Source of the DNA: Balanoglossus misakiensis
Taxonomy: Eukaryota > Animalia > Hemichordata
Assembly (NCBI GenBank): GCA_040954595.2
Contig: CM082594.2
Location: forward strand, 9,366,296 to 9,430,295
DNA: 64,000 nucleotides
Reading direction: 5' to 3'
Shown here: one piece after another, positions 22,235-38,948 of the stretch
Layout of the letters: the number at the start of each line of letters is the position of its first letter
Numbering within the stretch: position 1 is the first letter of the stretch
Notes under the pieces: model-generated
Told to the model about the DNA's origin: nothing
What the model saw: the letters and a program-made list of their open reading frames with translations, nothing else
Databases searched by the model: none
Program-made: the position numbers and the translations under genes

Positions 22235-25200
22235 GCTGGTCTGTCGGGGAACAGAAAATTGCGTTGTTTTATACATGGTGTAATATAGCATATGAAATAA
22301 AGCTTACCTGTATCTGACATTCACCCTAAATCAGTATCTAAGAGACGATACACGCGCACATCACGGCCGCCATTTTGTACCTATTAGAGTTAACTTTTTG
22401 TCATGCTTCCATTTATTTTCGGAGGTCAGTTTGACCTGATCATTTTTCAACGCCTTAGCAACATATCGCCGACGCACCTGTTATAAAAGCTAAAGACCAA
22501 CCCAAGCACAGAATACAAACTCCGTCTTACCTTCTCAAAAGCTTTTGCAACTTTGCACGACTTTGGATTATAGTTGTTCACCTTGGGCAAAAGTCTACTC
22601 ACAACGACGAAGTTGAAACGGATAAAACGAGTCGCTGCAAGAGGGTTTAAATCAGCTCCCAGCAACTCCTGGACATTTGAAAAGAAAATGGATATAGTAG
22701 AAAACACGTCTTTTATGTCTCTTGATGAATCATTAAGGTGGACAGATGAAAGTATTATCAGCTGAAATCGGGTTGGGAACTATCGCCAGGAGACACGACT
22801 CCCTAGTCCCTACTCTCGTGAAATTATGAAGCGTCCAAGTCCCACAAAGCGTCCCTCTAAACACGCGGATCAAGTCACTCAAGATTTATTCAACCAAAAT
22901 AAATACAAACACCAACTTTCTCGAATAACGAAACTCAAACTGTGCAATCTGGCAAGAAAACAGAAAGAGTGAAGACGGACCCTTCACTTTTGAATCGGTC
23001 GGCCGTCAAAACACAATATTGGGTTCCCTTGCGCCTTTGTCGTTGCGAATTCGATCTCGTTGTTAAGAATGCAACGAACAGCGGTTTTTAAAGGAACCAT
23101 GAGATGTTGAGATGTGTCTACAGGAATTGTTACGAGTAATTTTAGTTCTTTTTCATTCATCTACTCGAGCAACAAGAACACTGGGGGCGCTAAGTTTATT
23201 TCAGTCCGGGCTGTACAGAGTTGACGTATTAACAAGACGAGTCAAAACTCGTGTGACTTGTTCTAATCCGCATTCATACACTATTTTGATCCCTTTGGTG
23301 TTTAGCAATTGTTTGTGGTTGCTATGGTTTACTGACTGGCCAGGGGTCACGTGACCTGGACCACACTCGAAACCGGTCTCTGGCCCCAGTCGTATATGCA
23401 ATGTATCAAAAGAAATATGAGTCTGTCTTGAAAAAGACTTTGTCAAAACACATTTACGCACATAGTTCATGATCATTTTTGCATACCATGAATGTTATCT
23501 TGGCAAACCAATATTTGAAATCATCACGACTGCCGACTTGTAGGTAGAAACTATTGCGAAATTAAAGATAACGCGACAACGTTTAAATTATTAACAACCG
23601 CTACAGATTTCAGACCATTTCGAACAAGAATGTCGAATATTTCTCACCTGTTGTCCAAGCTATGACAATGAAGATATTCACTGGGTGAAAACTGTGGTTT
23701 TAATGTACGCCCATTCGTCAGCTAAAATTTGAAGCGCGGGCGATGAAATGTCTGAAATGACCAACGTCTCCACCGGCTTGAGACAGCTTTCGTCCACTGA
23801 CTAAGTCTAAGTAGCAATACATTCGGTCCAAATACTTTTTGTCACGTGACAAATGTCCTTTTAATCCAGAGAACAAAAACGGGGTATTTGGTCCACAACT
23901 AATGAAATGAAATGCAACTCCCCGGAGTCAAAGAACGCACCGAAATATGAACCTATCTGGTTGCCATGAGCTGACAATGCACTATGGTGAAAGCCAGGTT
24001 TTGATTGGTTTGGAACGAATGTATTGGTCGTAAATGGCCCATCACAACTGGCGTAACACATTTCCTTACAACAGGCATGACTTCTTGATTCCTTACAGAC
24101 CGGCATTAAGAATTTGAAAAACGGTGCTTCGGGCGTTTAAATCTCAATAATTTAAAACATAATGAGAATTTTATAACTACCAGGCTTCGCAACAATGTCT
24201 CTATAAACGCCGACTAGGGCAACAGAAAGATTCGTAGAAGTTAATCCAAAGTTCAACACACAATTGTCGCGCGTTGCTCTTTAGGGAATTTACGCAACAG
24301 GGTGAAAATGAACCGTCAACTTATGACAGGTGTCCTAGCATGTCCGTTGATGGACGGCAATTTTGAGACTTGCCTGGGTCGATAAAATCTGTTCTGAAAA
24401 TGATAGAACGCGTTTAAGGAGAAATGGAGTATGTTGTATTGCTGTCCTATGTAAAGATTGAATGCTGCCAGATTACCGAAAAGTTTGTCACCGTGACTTT
24501 GTCAGACTCACAGACTAAGATAAGTAAAATCTGGCAGCTCGGTGCATCTTAGACTATCACATCATGTAGTAAAGTATTCAAGTGCGCGGGAAAAGCGCGT
24601 CACTCAAGAAAAACAAAACGTTCAAGATTGAAGGAAGAGCTGTCCTCACCTTCACAGTTTAAACATCGGTTTTGACAACTTGCCTTTGGTGTTGCCACAG
24701 GGACTGTGTTGTTAGCGATGCTGAGGGCGAAACAAATGGCGGACTTCAATCAACACAGCCACCTGGATTGTACACAATAGTCAAACATTTTCTGAACTGG
24801 ACTGATTCTAGACAAGTGCCCGGATGAAGATTAAAATTCGGAAGATACATGAGAATTTATTTAAAGTTTACTACACCTAGCGCAGGGGGTGTAAATAACA
24901 CATTACATCAAATTTTTCAGTGGTTATTTTTTGTTAACGATGTATTGTTCTGGCGTTGAGAACGACTGGGATACTGTCTTCGTTTATGACACGCGTTGAA
25001 TGGATGTGCGTTACCATGGAGCTTAACCCAGAGTCGTACATTCTGAGATATTTACAATAAAATAGAAGAGAATAAGATGAGACAATTTTGCGGCGGGGAT
25101 ATCGTGGCGGGGAAGAGCATATTCCAGCGCAGCGCGCCCGCGCCCATTCCAGAACGAAAGGAACGAAAACGTTCCCTTCCAGTTATATGATTCTGAAGAT

Positions 25201-27417
25201 ACGCTGTGCAAATACAAACAGGGATGAGGCCGTGGTGGACTTTTATGAACCTGGAATTGACTATGGGATTGTGATGGACCATGATTTCTTGCCAACAAGC
25301 CTCGAAGACTTCAGCGTTGAAGACGCCCGCGATAGTGAGAACATCGGTAACGCCTTCGTGTCAACAGGTCAGTCTCGGCGGCGGTCCATCGCTGAAAGGC
25401 GTTCCAAATCGCCGCGAGTCGTTGGTGCGGAAACATTCATGCCAGTCGCCGAGCAAAGCCAACTTCTTCCGCCCGAAGAGCGGCTCCTCTCGGCACTCCA
25501 AGCACGGTCTGATCGTCGAACAGAAGGAAAGTAAACACAAACACAAGAAATTTAATCCAAGAATCGATCACTTGCCCCACGACGACCTGGTGAGACTTGC
25601 AGGCAGAATTTGGTGTAAATGGACCCGCCACAAACAAGTGGACGACGATAAAAAGCACGAAGAGGAGATCCAGCTACAAGCAAAGGTCGGTAACCAGGGA
25701 AACGCTGTATAACTGGGATTATTGTAAAGTGGCCACGGGAAAGTGAGGGTTTGTCCCGAATGCACTAAATGTGGAAGGATTTGACAACCAGCTGAATCGG
25801 AACAGTCGCTATCATGCTATTCAAATCAACGTATACATCTGGCTGAACATCCTGACCCAAAATACTGCATCATAACTTGTCGCTAACAAAGTAACAAGCT
25901 CAGCAAACCCACATCATAATTGTGATCAACAGCTCAAAGTTGGTCAAAGATTGGGGTTTCCGCAATTGGCCACTTGGTGGCGTCCAGCCTAATCTGCCAA
26001 ACAATTTTCAAAGTTTTGGCATGATGTCCGAGACTGCTAGGGTGGCTACAATCTCTGTACGGAGAATGTAGGCATCCCTGACCAACCAACAGCAGAGACA
26101 AAAGACAAAGAATCCATATAGCTTTGATCGATTCACTGGAGCTGCACATCAACAAAAGGCCACGGACAATTAACTGATTTAGGCCGCCAATCCGTCGATA
26201 TTCCCTCACAGTGTTAATTAAAAAGGCGTACAATACCAGCAATAAGGGTAGTGGCACATAAGCTCGACATATTTCTCAAAACGTCTGTTCAATAAATAAC
26301 TCAGAGAAGCCCATATCTCCATTTTGGAGATTTAGGGCCGATGCGTTTGACAGGAAGCATGGAAAGTGATGAGGACGGACAAAGGATGGACCGACAGAAT
26401 CGATTATGACAGGATGTTGACGCAAACTCAAAAACCTAAATTTCTACAGATTGCCGTTTAACGGAAGTGAACTAGCTTACGTCACCGTAGGCCATATGAC
26501 GTCATTTATTGTGCTTTCTCATATTTTACAAAAGTTTTGGTGACATCGATTTGGAACGGTTCTATGTTCAGTGTTCCACATTCCAGCACTGACATTTACG
26601 TAACTGTACATGAAACGAAGATGGCGTCGATCGATACAAAGCAAACAGATTCACCTCCGTCCTTCTGTCGCAAACTTTTACCAAGTTACACAAAATACAT
26701 TGTACTACAGATGAGGATGTTTACTTTTAGTAATTCTATTTGCTAGCCACTCTGGGCTAATTAATACCATCAGCTAATGTGAAAACACGATCGCTTTTTA
26801 TGACTTAATGACTCGTGCCAATTAATGTGTGCTGTGAACTCAATGCGAGGACACCACGGCAGTTTCTGAAGGACTTGGCCATATTGGTTCACAAGTTTCA
26901 AACTATTCTACTTGACCGATGTAAAGAACATGCACCTGAAGAGACCCCCTCTTTACAGAAAATGAATTTCCCGAACGTTTCCCGTTTTCTGACTGCATCT
27001 TCTGTGAATATCCGTTTGGACTTGACCGGACAGGGTCACATTGACCATTAACACGACACGAAACCAGGCAGTTTCTCCATACACAATTTCTGAGTTAAAC
27101 TTTGTTTTATGGCATGATGCCTGATACATAACCGTCGTCAAATTAAACGCGGGGACGGCGTCGAGGGATCTAAGCTGTTTTGTTAGCGTAGTTAGTAGCC
27201 GAGCACTAACTAGTTCTTAATCGAGTAATTATTGGATTCAAGCGGGTTAATAGTATTGATTTCTCTGTGTAATCTCGGCACACACAAAAACTGTTGACGG
27301 TAAACATTCAGCTGGAATTCTTCGATTGGGTTGTCAGGGGAAAGGAGTGAACAGAATACGGCGAGATACTAAACAGCATCTGCAATATAGTCTTGGTCTT
27401 GCCCCTTGCGGATAAAA

Positions 27418-30400
27418 ATGGCGGGGAAAGAACGGTTCCGATTGCCGAGGTGGCTAGCAGTCAGAAAATTAGTCCGCAGACGCGAATCTCAGTTCATGAG
27501 GTTGAAACAGGCTGCGCAAAATCACACATCAAATGAACAAACTCCAATTGTAAAAGCCGCTCCGGTAAGTTATAATTTATGTACGAGTTCCTATATTATT
27601 AATTATACCTAGTATATAACAAGTGAAGTGGGTCCAAGTACTAGTATATCATAGACACAACGTCATTCAAGTTCATACACATCCCTGCGTCCAAGGTTAC
27701 ACGTCTTCAAGTAGTTCAAACGACCGATACACCGGTATCTTTTGGGATAGCGCCCACGCCCAAATAAATCCTGAGATAGCTATCAGTTATGATCAGACTT
27801 AGACCTTGAACTAATGGAAACATCACGCGTAGTTTCGTTGTTATGACGTGTATCCAAAGACTTGGTGCTTTGTATTTTACAAAGTAGTATACCAAGGAGA
27901 CAAAAACAACGATTTATATTGTGAAATGCTGACCTTTCTTGTCTCTGATTGTTAAACTCTAAAGATTCCGTATTTCATTTTGATTTGGTTTACAACTTAA
28001 AAGAAACCAAATAACAAGATTTTCAAGATTTACTGACAACTTTACGGGATTATTTATGAATAATTCATTTTTTATGATTTTATAATTTATGTAAACATGT
28101 ATTTATCCAGATCTGCCTTACTGTATAGACATATACGCCAGCATTCTTGATTTTTTTTCTTTCGAGTTGAGTTTTATTGCTTGGACGACCGCGGATTTTC
28201 GAGTGTTTTAATTGAGTTGTAGGTTATGAATCGGACAAGTACTCGAGCATTATTAACTCCGGGCGCACTGTGTCCCATAAATTAACGATTTCGACAACAA
28301 ACGATTGACAAAGAGTGCCTACACATGCGGCTTGATACAATTGTGTGTATGAGGCGAGGCGTCATCACTTGGTTACGCCCTCAAACTTGAGATCGATTGT
28401 CGACGGCGACTTTGCCCTCAGTCAAAAAGTACAGCACTGTGGGCAAAGCTATGTCTTGTACATTTTCATAAAATCATGAAAATGGGCACAGTGTACATGT
28501 ACTGCAACGGAGACATCAGCGCTACGACAGACCATGGTGATACACTTGTGTGTGATTGAACGTGCGATGGCTAAGTACAGTAGAGTACATATACACTTGT
28601 GCCGTGTTGACATAACTAATCCCCTATGAGTGTCCAGCAAAATACAACTATCAGAACAGCTTGATATTAGCCTACCAACCAAGAAACTCTGAATAACTGG
28701 TCGATCAGACATTGGGGGAAATTGTTCATTGAAACCAATTACCCAATGATGTCTGAATTCAAATTAAATAAACATAAAAAAATCATTCCGCGTTATTCTA
28801 TCGCACTGTCGGCCAATAGTCGCTATTTTTGGACTTTGTGCGGGTGGACAACTCTGGGAGTTCAAATTCGACACCTGTGCCTATCAAGTTAATGTCATAC
28901 ACGAACAATAACGCCAAACACAGAACTAAAACACAAACTTAACACAGCTATAGTTGCCATAGCGACTTCAATTAACCCACAACCCATAATGCATCATGTT
29001 ATGAGACCAGACCTGGGCAAATGGCATTAGATAAAACCAAACGATTATATCAGCAGCCCCAAATTGTTTATTCTAAATGTATTATTTATGATTTGGGGAT
29101 GATAGGCATAATGTGACGGAATATGAAGGATATTCGTTTATCATCAGACAGACGGACAAATGTTGACAACGTTTTTGAATACACTGAATACATAGTTCAA
29201 CACAAAGTCTGTATCAATTCATTGATTTGTTAGTGGTCTTTGGATTTCGCGAAGTCAACAAACTGAACAAGAAAATTCGTTGACCAGATGGACCATCGAG
29301 CTTGAACCACATGTAAAGGGCTAACGACAATCGCAAAACGTAAGAACCAAGTCGTTTACGTAACATACCTCGGCTTGACGAATAGCTGTGATTTTTCAGC
29401 GAAAACGTGACAAATACTTTCCCGGTGAGATCCTTGCTTATAGTCAGTTCAAAGTGACGGCCAAGATACGGATAGCGATGGTTGAATCGTTCAAATGGCA
29501 ACCAGGCAGTAAATCGAACTTGACAGTGACAAATCATTAATCGATAAAAAGTTCACAAATCACTGTCGAGTGATATGATAAAACTCTTTGGCAATCTACT
29601 ACCTATAGTGACAAGCGTCTCTCTCTAACGTCTAAGTTTCGGCTAGTTATCCTGGGTATTAATCCTTTCTTTTCTGTTTCTATTTTAGATGGTTTCCCCG
29701 GTCCATGTGTATACTAAATCTAAACTGTCGGTAAGTACAGGGCTGGCAAGTTTTTTTTTATCAAATAATATGAATTAGAAATGATTTCTGTATTTTTATT
29801 TTTGGATCTGTAGTTGTGTGGCTATTAACTACATGTACCAACAATTTACCTGTTATAATATTCCGCCTCGTTACACATGTAAGCCGATTTTTTGTTTATA
29901 TGCGCAGGCACTGGAACGGTTTCGCAAAGCAGTGAGACAAGTTCGCATGCTGTGTGCTGTCACCATCAGCATTCGTCGCTATGCCTCGGAAGCCGGCGTC
30001 AGTGTGTTCTCCGATCTGCCGGAGATTGCGCAGTCCATGACTCAGGTCCCGAACATCAAGATCCACCTCGAAGGGAAAAGTGGCGAGAAAACGGGAGAAC
30101 AGATCTCTTTCGACCCGCGAAAATTCAAAAGCAACTACGAAGTGAGTACAATTTGGCAGGCTACCTGATCATGATGACGTCAGCATGGTGGATGACCACG
30201 TATGATTGGCATTTACTCATTACATAGTGGTCACTGTGGTTACTGACACACACGCTCGTTATCAACTGTTTTTTTATCATTCAACAGTTCACGCTGCCCC
30301 CAAAGGCGGAGAAGATTTTGGAAAAGACAGCCGAACAACGCACCCCTGAGGACATCAAGGTCATTTTCAATATCATGCGTGGCTTGTACAGTTTCAGAAA

Positions 30401-33400
30401 ATACACCAGGTCGCTGCAACTGATGTTGTGCAGGGTCGTCAGACTTGAAAGGTACATGTCAGGCAGAAATCGTACAGTAGTGTGAAAATCAATCATCATA
30501 TATGATGTAAAGATCGGCACAGTTATGAACCAGTTGGCAAAGTTCTAGCTTATCAAATGGCCTGAAATAACTAAGCTCCACTTACGTCATAATGTTCAAT
30601 TTCTCACCTTTATAGGTATGGACGCCGGCGAGTTGTCGTCCGGAAGGGTCATTATGGCAGGGGTTTCTATTTTGTGTTTTCTGGGACAGCTTGCGTCACA
30701 CTGGATGAAGATGAAGAAAGTGTCTTTGTTAAGAAGGAGGTGTCTTATCTGAAGAAAGGGGCTTGTTTTGGGGTGAGTCCAATTTAGCACGAATTCATAC
30801 CACAGAAAACACAGAAAAACGATACGCATACGTCTAATAATGGTAGACACTGATTCCAAAATCCACGTACAATATTGCAGGAAATTGCACTTCTGAAAGA
30901 CGTACCACGTAGAGCAACTGTTGTATGTATGGAAGAAACAGAATTTCTTGTCATCGACAAGGATGACTTCTTTGCCAACAATCTGCATTTACACGTCAAA
31001 AAGGAGTTTCAATTCAGATACGATTTTCTAAGGTGAGTACGATATTTTCGATTCTAGTGCGTTTTTCGTCATTGGTGTTAATAATTGCAACATTATTGGT
31101 CAATTTGTTTGCATGGCAGCATGAGGCACATGGTTGATTTGGTCACCAAGGTAGGAGGGCGCCCTCTACCTTTGTTCTGCAAGCTAAGTCGGTGGTCGAG
31201 ATCCAATTAAAATTGAAACTATGTTTCTTCTACATTACTGTAGCAAGTTAGATCTCTTCAAATCATGGGAGAAAGATGATCTTGAACTCATCAGTGACAT
31301 GGGGCGATTAGAAGAATTTAACCATGACTCTGTGATTGTCAAGGACAGCAGAGAACATGATTGGCTACTTATTATCACCAAGGTATTACCATCATCCTAT
31401 AGTTTGACATTTATATATCAGTAGCATTTGGATGCCATGTGCATAAACAGCGACAGCAATCAGTAGTAATCTGCAGGACTCCCTAGTCTGCCATAAAGAC
31501 TTGCTACATTATTGAGTGGGTGGCACTTGGAGCAGGTTTGCTCAATCTTTAAGATATGCCTGACATATTATTAAGATTTTATTGGCCACAAGGTCCATAT
31601 CCAACTGGTTGTTGACTGTGATGTGTCATGATTCTGAATTCCTCAATTAAACTTTTGATCTACCATCTTGTATTATTCTGTATTTTTGTTACAGGGTAAA
31701 TGTGATGTTCTGAGACTGGTTGACTTGTCTAAAATTCCCTCCTTTCAACATGCATTGGAGAGTGAGTACGGCAAAGTCAAGGACGTGAGCGGTTCTCCCG
31801 TCATGCCCTTTGCCAACGACTATGACAGATCAGACGTCATTCGAATCCCAACCACTGGAGGAGAAGGAACACCTCCAAACAAACGGACTACAAAAAGACC
31901 CAAAACAACAGGTACATGACACCTAAACTTATCACTAATTGCCTGCTATTTTACACCCAGAAAAATAAATAGTTGAGAAGAGACACTTCCTTGATTGTTC
32001 ATACTGCAGTGTGGAAATAGGCATTGCTTAATGTCACACATTTATGATTTTATTTCAAGGGCGATTACTTCAACGAGGAGAAAATGGCGACAATATCATC
32101 CGCAGTAAAAGCGTGGCACTCGACATCCAGGAAAATGGCAGCAGAAGTTGTAGCAGCGCCAAACTGAGGTCAGAGTCGGAACAGAAGAGCCACCCATACA
32201 TAGTGGTCAGGTATGAATACATTATGTTTGAAGCCAGGTGCACATTGTGGTGTTATGTGTAATTCCACAGAGCTGGGGATGGTCATCTATCTGGCACCTA
32301 ACTGTACTATTCTTCATTTCTAACCGACTCAAAAATTTGTTTTTGTTTTCAGTGATCACAAACCGCACAGTCATCTACGTCCAGCTTACCTGAGTACCAT
32401 GGGACCGCTGTCACAGCTCGTCTCCAACAGGAATACCAATGATGTGGGTGTTGGGGTCTTTGTCAAAGTGGACTCTCTCAGACCAGGACAGTGTTTTGTA
32501 AGTAACTCTTCACATGGCGACTTCTGGAGAAGATCTTCATACCTCGCCATGGTTTTCATCTTCTGCTATGTAGCAATTACTGTAATTAGAATATGTACAA
32601 ACAGAATCTAAGCATCATTGTTTAATATTGAGTACAAGAACTTCCTTGCTGATAAATAAATGAAAGAATCTTTGCTCTCACCAAACAATGGCCAAAAGAA
32701 TTTAACAGTGGAAAAGTGTGTCTCAGATCAAGAAAAAATGACTGTGATTGACATTTGTTATCTTTGTAGGGTTTACAAGGAGTCCAGGGAGAAATGCCCA
32801 CACTGTCCCTCGTCAGTGGTGGATGTGAACTGATCCGAATATCCATGTCCAAATTCCGGCAATACGCCAACGAACTCACACTGCGGGAAGTGACCAAGCA
32901 AATCCCTGTGTACCCATCAGATGCTGACCTCTGTCTCAAGTTCTTGAAACAGAGCCAGTGGAAGAACTTCAAAAGTAACATCGTACAGGGTGTCATCCTG
33001 GATGCCATGGCCAAGAAACCTCAGTTTGAGAGAGACAGAGGAATGGCGGCGCAAAGACCTCGAGTGAAAAACACAAAGATTGTCGACCATCCAGTGTATA
33101 TGACTTTTCCAATGCCAAAGATTCCCTTCAGTGCCGAAGCATGGGTCCATAATTCTCTGCCACAGAACAGAGGTTGGTGTTTACTTGTCATTACTTTTAC
33201 TTTACTGGACCCTAGACAAAAAATTCATTCATGTTGACTAACTCCTGATTTTTTTTCCTGTACAGCCACACCGGTCAATCAAACCATGATCATGCCATTT
33301 AAATCCCACAAGAGAAGTTACACAGAAAGACAGACATCAGCAGCAAGTTCTAGAGCTACCCCGCAGTCACGACCAACATCGTGTCTCTCACAACAAAGCA

Positions 33401-33525
33401 GCCAAGCTTCAAGACCACCGCGTATATTCGCACAAGGCAGCCAGCGCCGACTGGTTTTGATCGAGAAAATAACCAGACCAACTTACACTGGCACTTACTC
33501 ATGGAAGAATTACTACAAACGTTGA
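27418..33525 (+). CDS. CNBD2: Cyclic nucleotide-binding domain-containing protein 2-like
   Basis: Core exons (+): 29908-30141, 30288-30451, 30616-30772, 30881-31032, 31244-31382, 31695-31911, 32060-32210, 32353-32497, 32770-33172, 33266-33525. Motifs [55 protein letters not shown] and KGKCDVLRLVDL match CNBD2. The N-terminal exon is ambiguous: 25281-25685, 27418-27564 and 29689-29730 all end in phase 0. AATAAA at ~33790. Confidence 0.88.
28953..28966. promoter_or_regulatory. RFX X-box-like element upstream of CNBD2 exon 29689
   Basis: GTTGCCATAGCGAC closely matches the X-box consensus GTHNYY-AT-RRNAAC and lies within a ciliary/sperm gene. Confidence 0.5.
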
Positions 33526-34468
33526 ACTGTACAACCACAAATCACCAGGATTTCAAAACAGCCAGAATGGTACTAATGAAAATTGATTTGAACACTGTGT
33601 GCAAACAAACCAGGTTTGCCAAAAAGAACCTTATTTATATCCAGAACAAAACTTGCCAGGTAAATGCTACCAACAAAGTGAAGTTATAAGTTCTTGCCAT
33701 GACTTTTATAACTGCCTGTCCTTGCCAAAGTCTGTAGTTTACACTAACAAAGTCATTGTAGATCTTTTTTTAAATAATTGCTTTATGTAAATAAATATTG
33801 TTTACTTTACATATTTAGTGTTTTTGAATACTCATGATTGGCTGAGACATGTGTTCTCCATAGTGTGTCAGCTGAAGTACACTTTCTAAACAGAAACTGT
33901 ATATATTGATACTCATTTGACTTCACATTCAGTTCTGAAAAGCACCACATGTGAAAGAGTCCCACAAACCAAATGCATCTTTCAAAGAAATATAAAGTTT
34001 ATTGGAAAAAACAAAGGAAATTTTACAATCAAAAGGCTCATTTATTTTAAACAATAAGGTGTTCTCAAAAGAAGTTAAAAGAAATATAAAAAAAAAATGA
34101 ATTTCTCCATTTACTGCTTGGGAACATTTCAATCCATCGCTTGAATTGCATCTTGAGGCAGTTATAGTGGTACACCTGGTTTTGCCAGATGTTGTCTGCA
34201 AATTTCTAACAGACCAGCAGGATTTAATGTCTTCCTGACCATCCAATGATTCTCACTGAAGTCGACCTGAGAATCATACACCAGTTTCTGACATTGAAAG
34301 AATACTTGCTGATACGGACCCACACTGTGAGCATTAACAAATATTGAACCAGGAACCTCGGCCAATCAGAAGACCAGAATCACAATGGCAAGGGTCATTA
34401 AGAGCCATGCAGAATCCAATCCGACTGACTCAGTGAGCAGATATTGCTACTTATTGACCTTTTATGGT

Positions 34469-35841
34469 TCAGTCTTCATCGGAGTCAACTGTTTGTTGAT
34501 TGGCTGCAGCGTTGACATTGACAACAGTTGCCAGGTCTTCTTTGCCAGCAGCAAGTCTGTCCCCTGTAAATGAGAAATGGACAAAAAGAACAGTTACCTC
34601 ACACATTCTCCAAACACAAGGGCAACAGATTAAGAATGATGTTAAGTGGTGCCCAATGCCTCCAACTAGCAGCTTATTGGAGTAATATATCCATTGTAAA
34701 ACCACAACTGACTTCACATCTATACTTACTTATCAATTCCGCTATTGCTCTTTGCGTCCTTTTTTCTAATTTTTCCAATTTTTTAGAAACATCTCTTTTT
34801 AAATCCCTGGAAGAAAGAAGAAGATATTGTTCTTATTTCTCCTGTTACCTTCCTTGCTCACAAAATATAATCTCTGAGTGCATTATGGTGATTATCTTTG
34901 CTCATTTCTGCAGCATTATTCAGTAATTACAATTCCCAAATGCTTTTAACCACTGCTTACCAGTCTGGCTTCCTAGGAGCTAGATTAATGAGGTCAACCT
35001 CTTCCACTACAGGTTCTGGTTTAGCTGCTTGCAATTGTTCTTCTATATGCTCTTCAACTGATAAACAAAAACAAAATTCCTATCAAAACTCTATGGTTCA
35101 TATTGCATTAACAGAAGTAGTTCATATATCCATTTCCAACCTGTGTATAGCTTGAAAGAACGGCTCAATTTACTACTTAATATTACCTTTTCCAGGCTTG
35201 ACTCTTTCCGCAACCTTTTCTTGAAGTACGTCATCTTGTGGCTTGTAATTTTTAAATACAGGATGACTGTGTGACAGAAAGAAAGGATTTTTTTTCACTG
35301 ATGCTATAGAGACAATGAGTGATTTGAAGAGAAAACAATCATGCCATGCAATGACTTGTGACTGAGGTCTGTAAATGTCTTATCTCACCTTTTATCTCCT
35401 TCAGTCTCTTCTTCAGCTGACCTTTTCTCTGGTGGTTCCGAATCATCCTCCTACACATAATGAAGAAGGAAATCAGATTAGAAGTGGATATTTCAGTGAT
35501 AATAAATGTGTAAACAAGCAGTTTTGACAAGCTGGGAATACACTACAATGTTAGCCTGGTCTCCATACCCACTCCAGTGTGTTTTTTCACTCACACACTT
35601 GTGTGTGACTATCTAAAACACACTGGGTATGGAGACCAGCTACTTCATAAGCATGCGTGCACAACACAGACTCGAAAGTATGCGTGTGCTCACAAATAGA
35701 AGTTTTCATTGAGTAATAACAAATGTACGCCCTACATTCGAGATAAATTACCTCATTTTCACCTCGCTGTTTACGTCTAAGTGCTTTCAATCGCTCTTTT
35801 CTCTTCAGAGCTTCCTGTTGTAACACACCGACGTCCGCCAT
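34469..35841 (-). CDS. CCDC12: Coiled-coil domain-containing protein 12 (Cwf18 splicing factor)
   Basis: Exons (-): 35841-35752, 35450-35389, 35266-35187, 35057-34961, 34806-34730, 34563-34469. Motifs LQQEALKRKERLKALR, FKNYKPQD and VDLINLAPRKPDWDLKRDVSKKLEKLEKRTQRAIAELIRDRL. Confidence 0.95.
35552..35642. mobile_element. Tiny palindromic MITE-like element in CCDC12 intron 1
   Basis: Arms TAGCCTGGTCTCCATACCC..CAGTGTGTTTT and AAAACACACTGGGTATGGAGACCAGCTA are inverted, with an inner palindrome TCACACAC-TT-GTGTGTGA. TA occurs at both ends. Confidence 0.7.

Positions 35842-38948
<3,107 letters not shown>

Noticed and set aside
25750-26420. Possible interspersed repeat fragment with a small hairpin (~26309-26339) and a GGAC-rich end
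   Set aside because: No second copy, TIR or TSD is visible in the window, so it cannot be supported without a repeat library.
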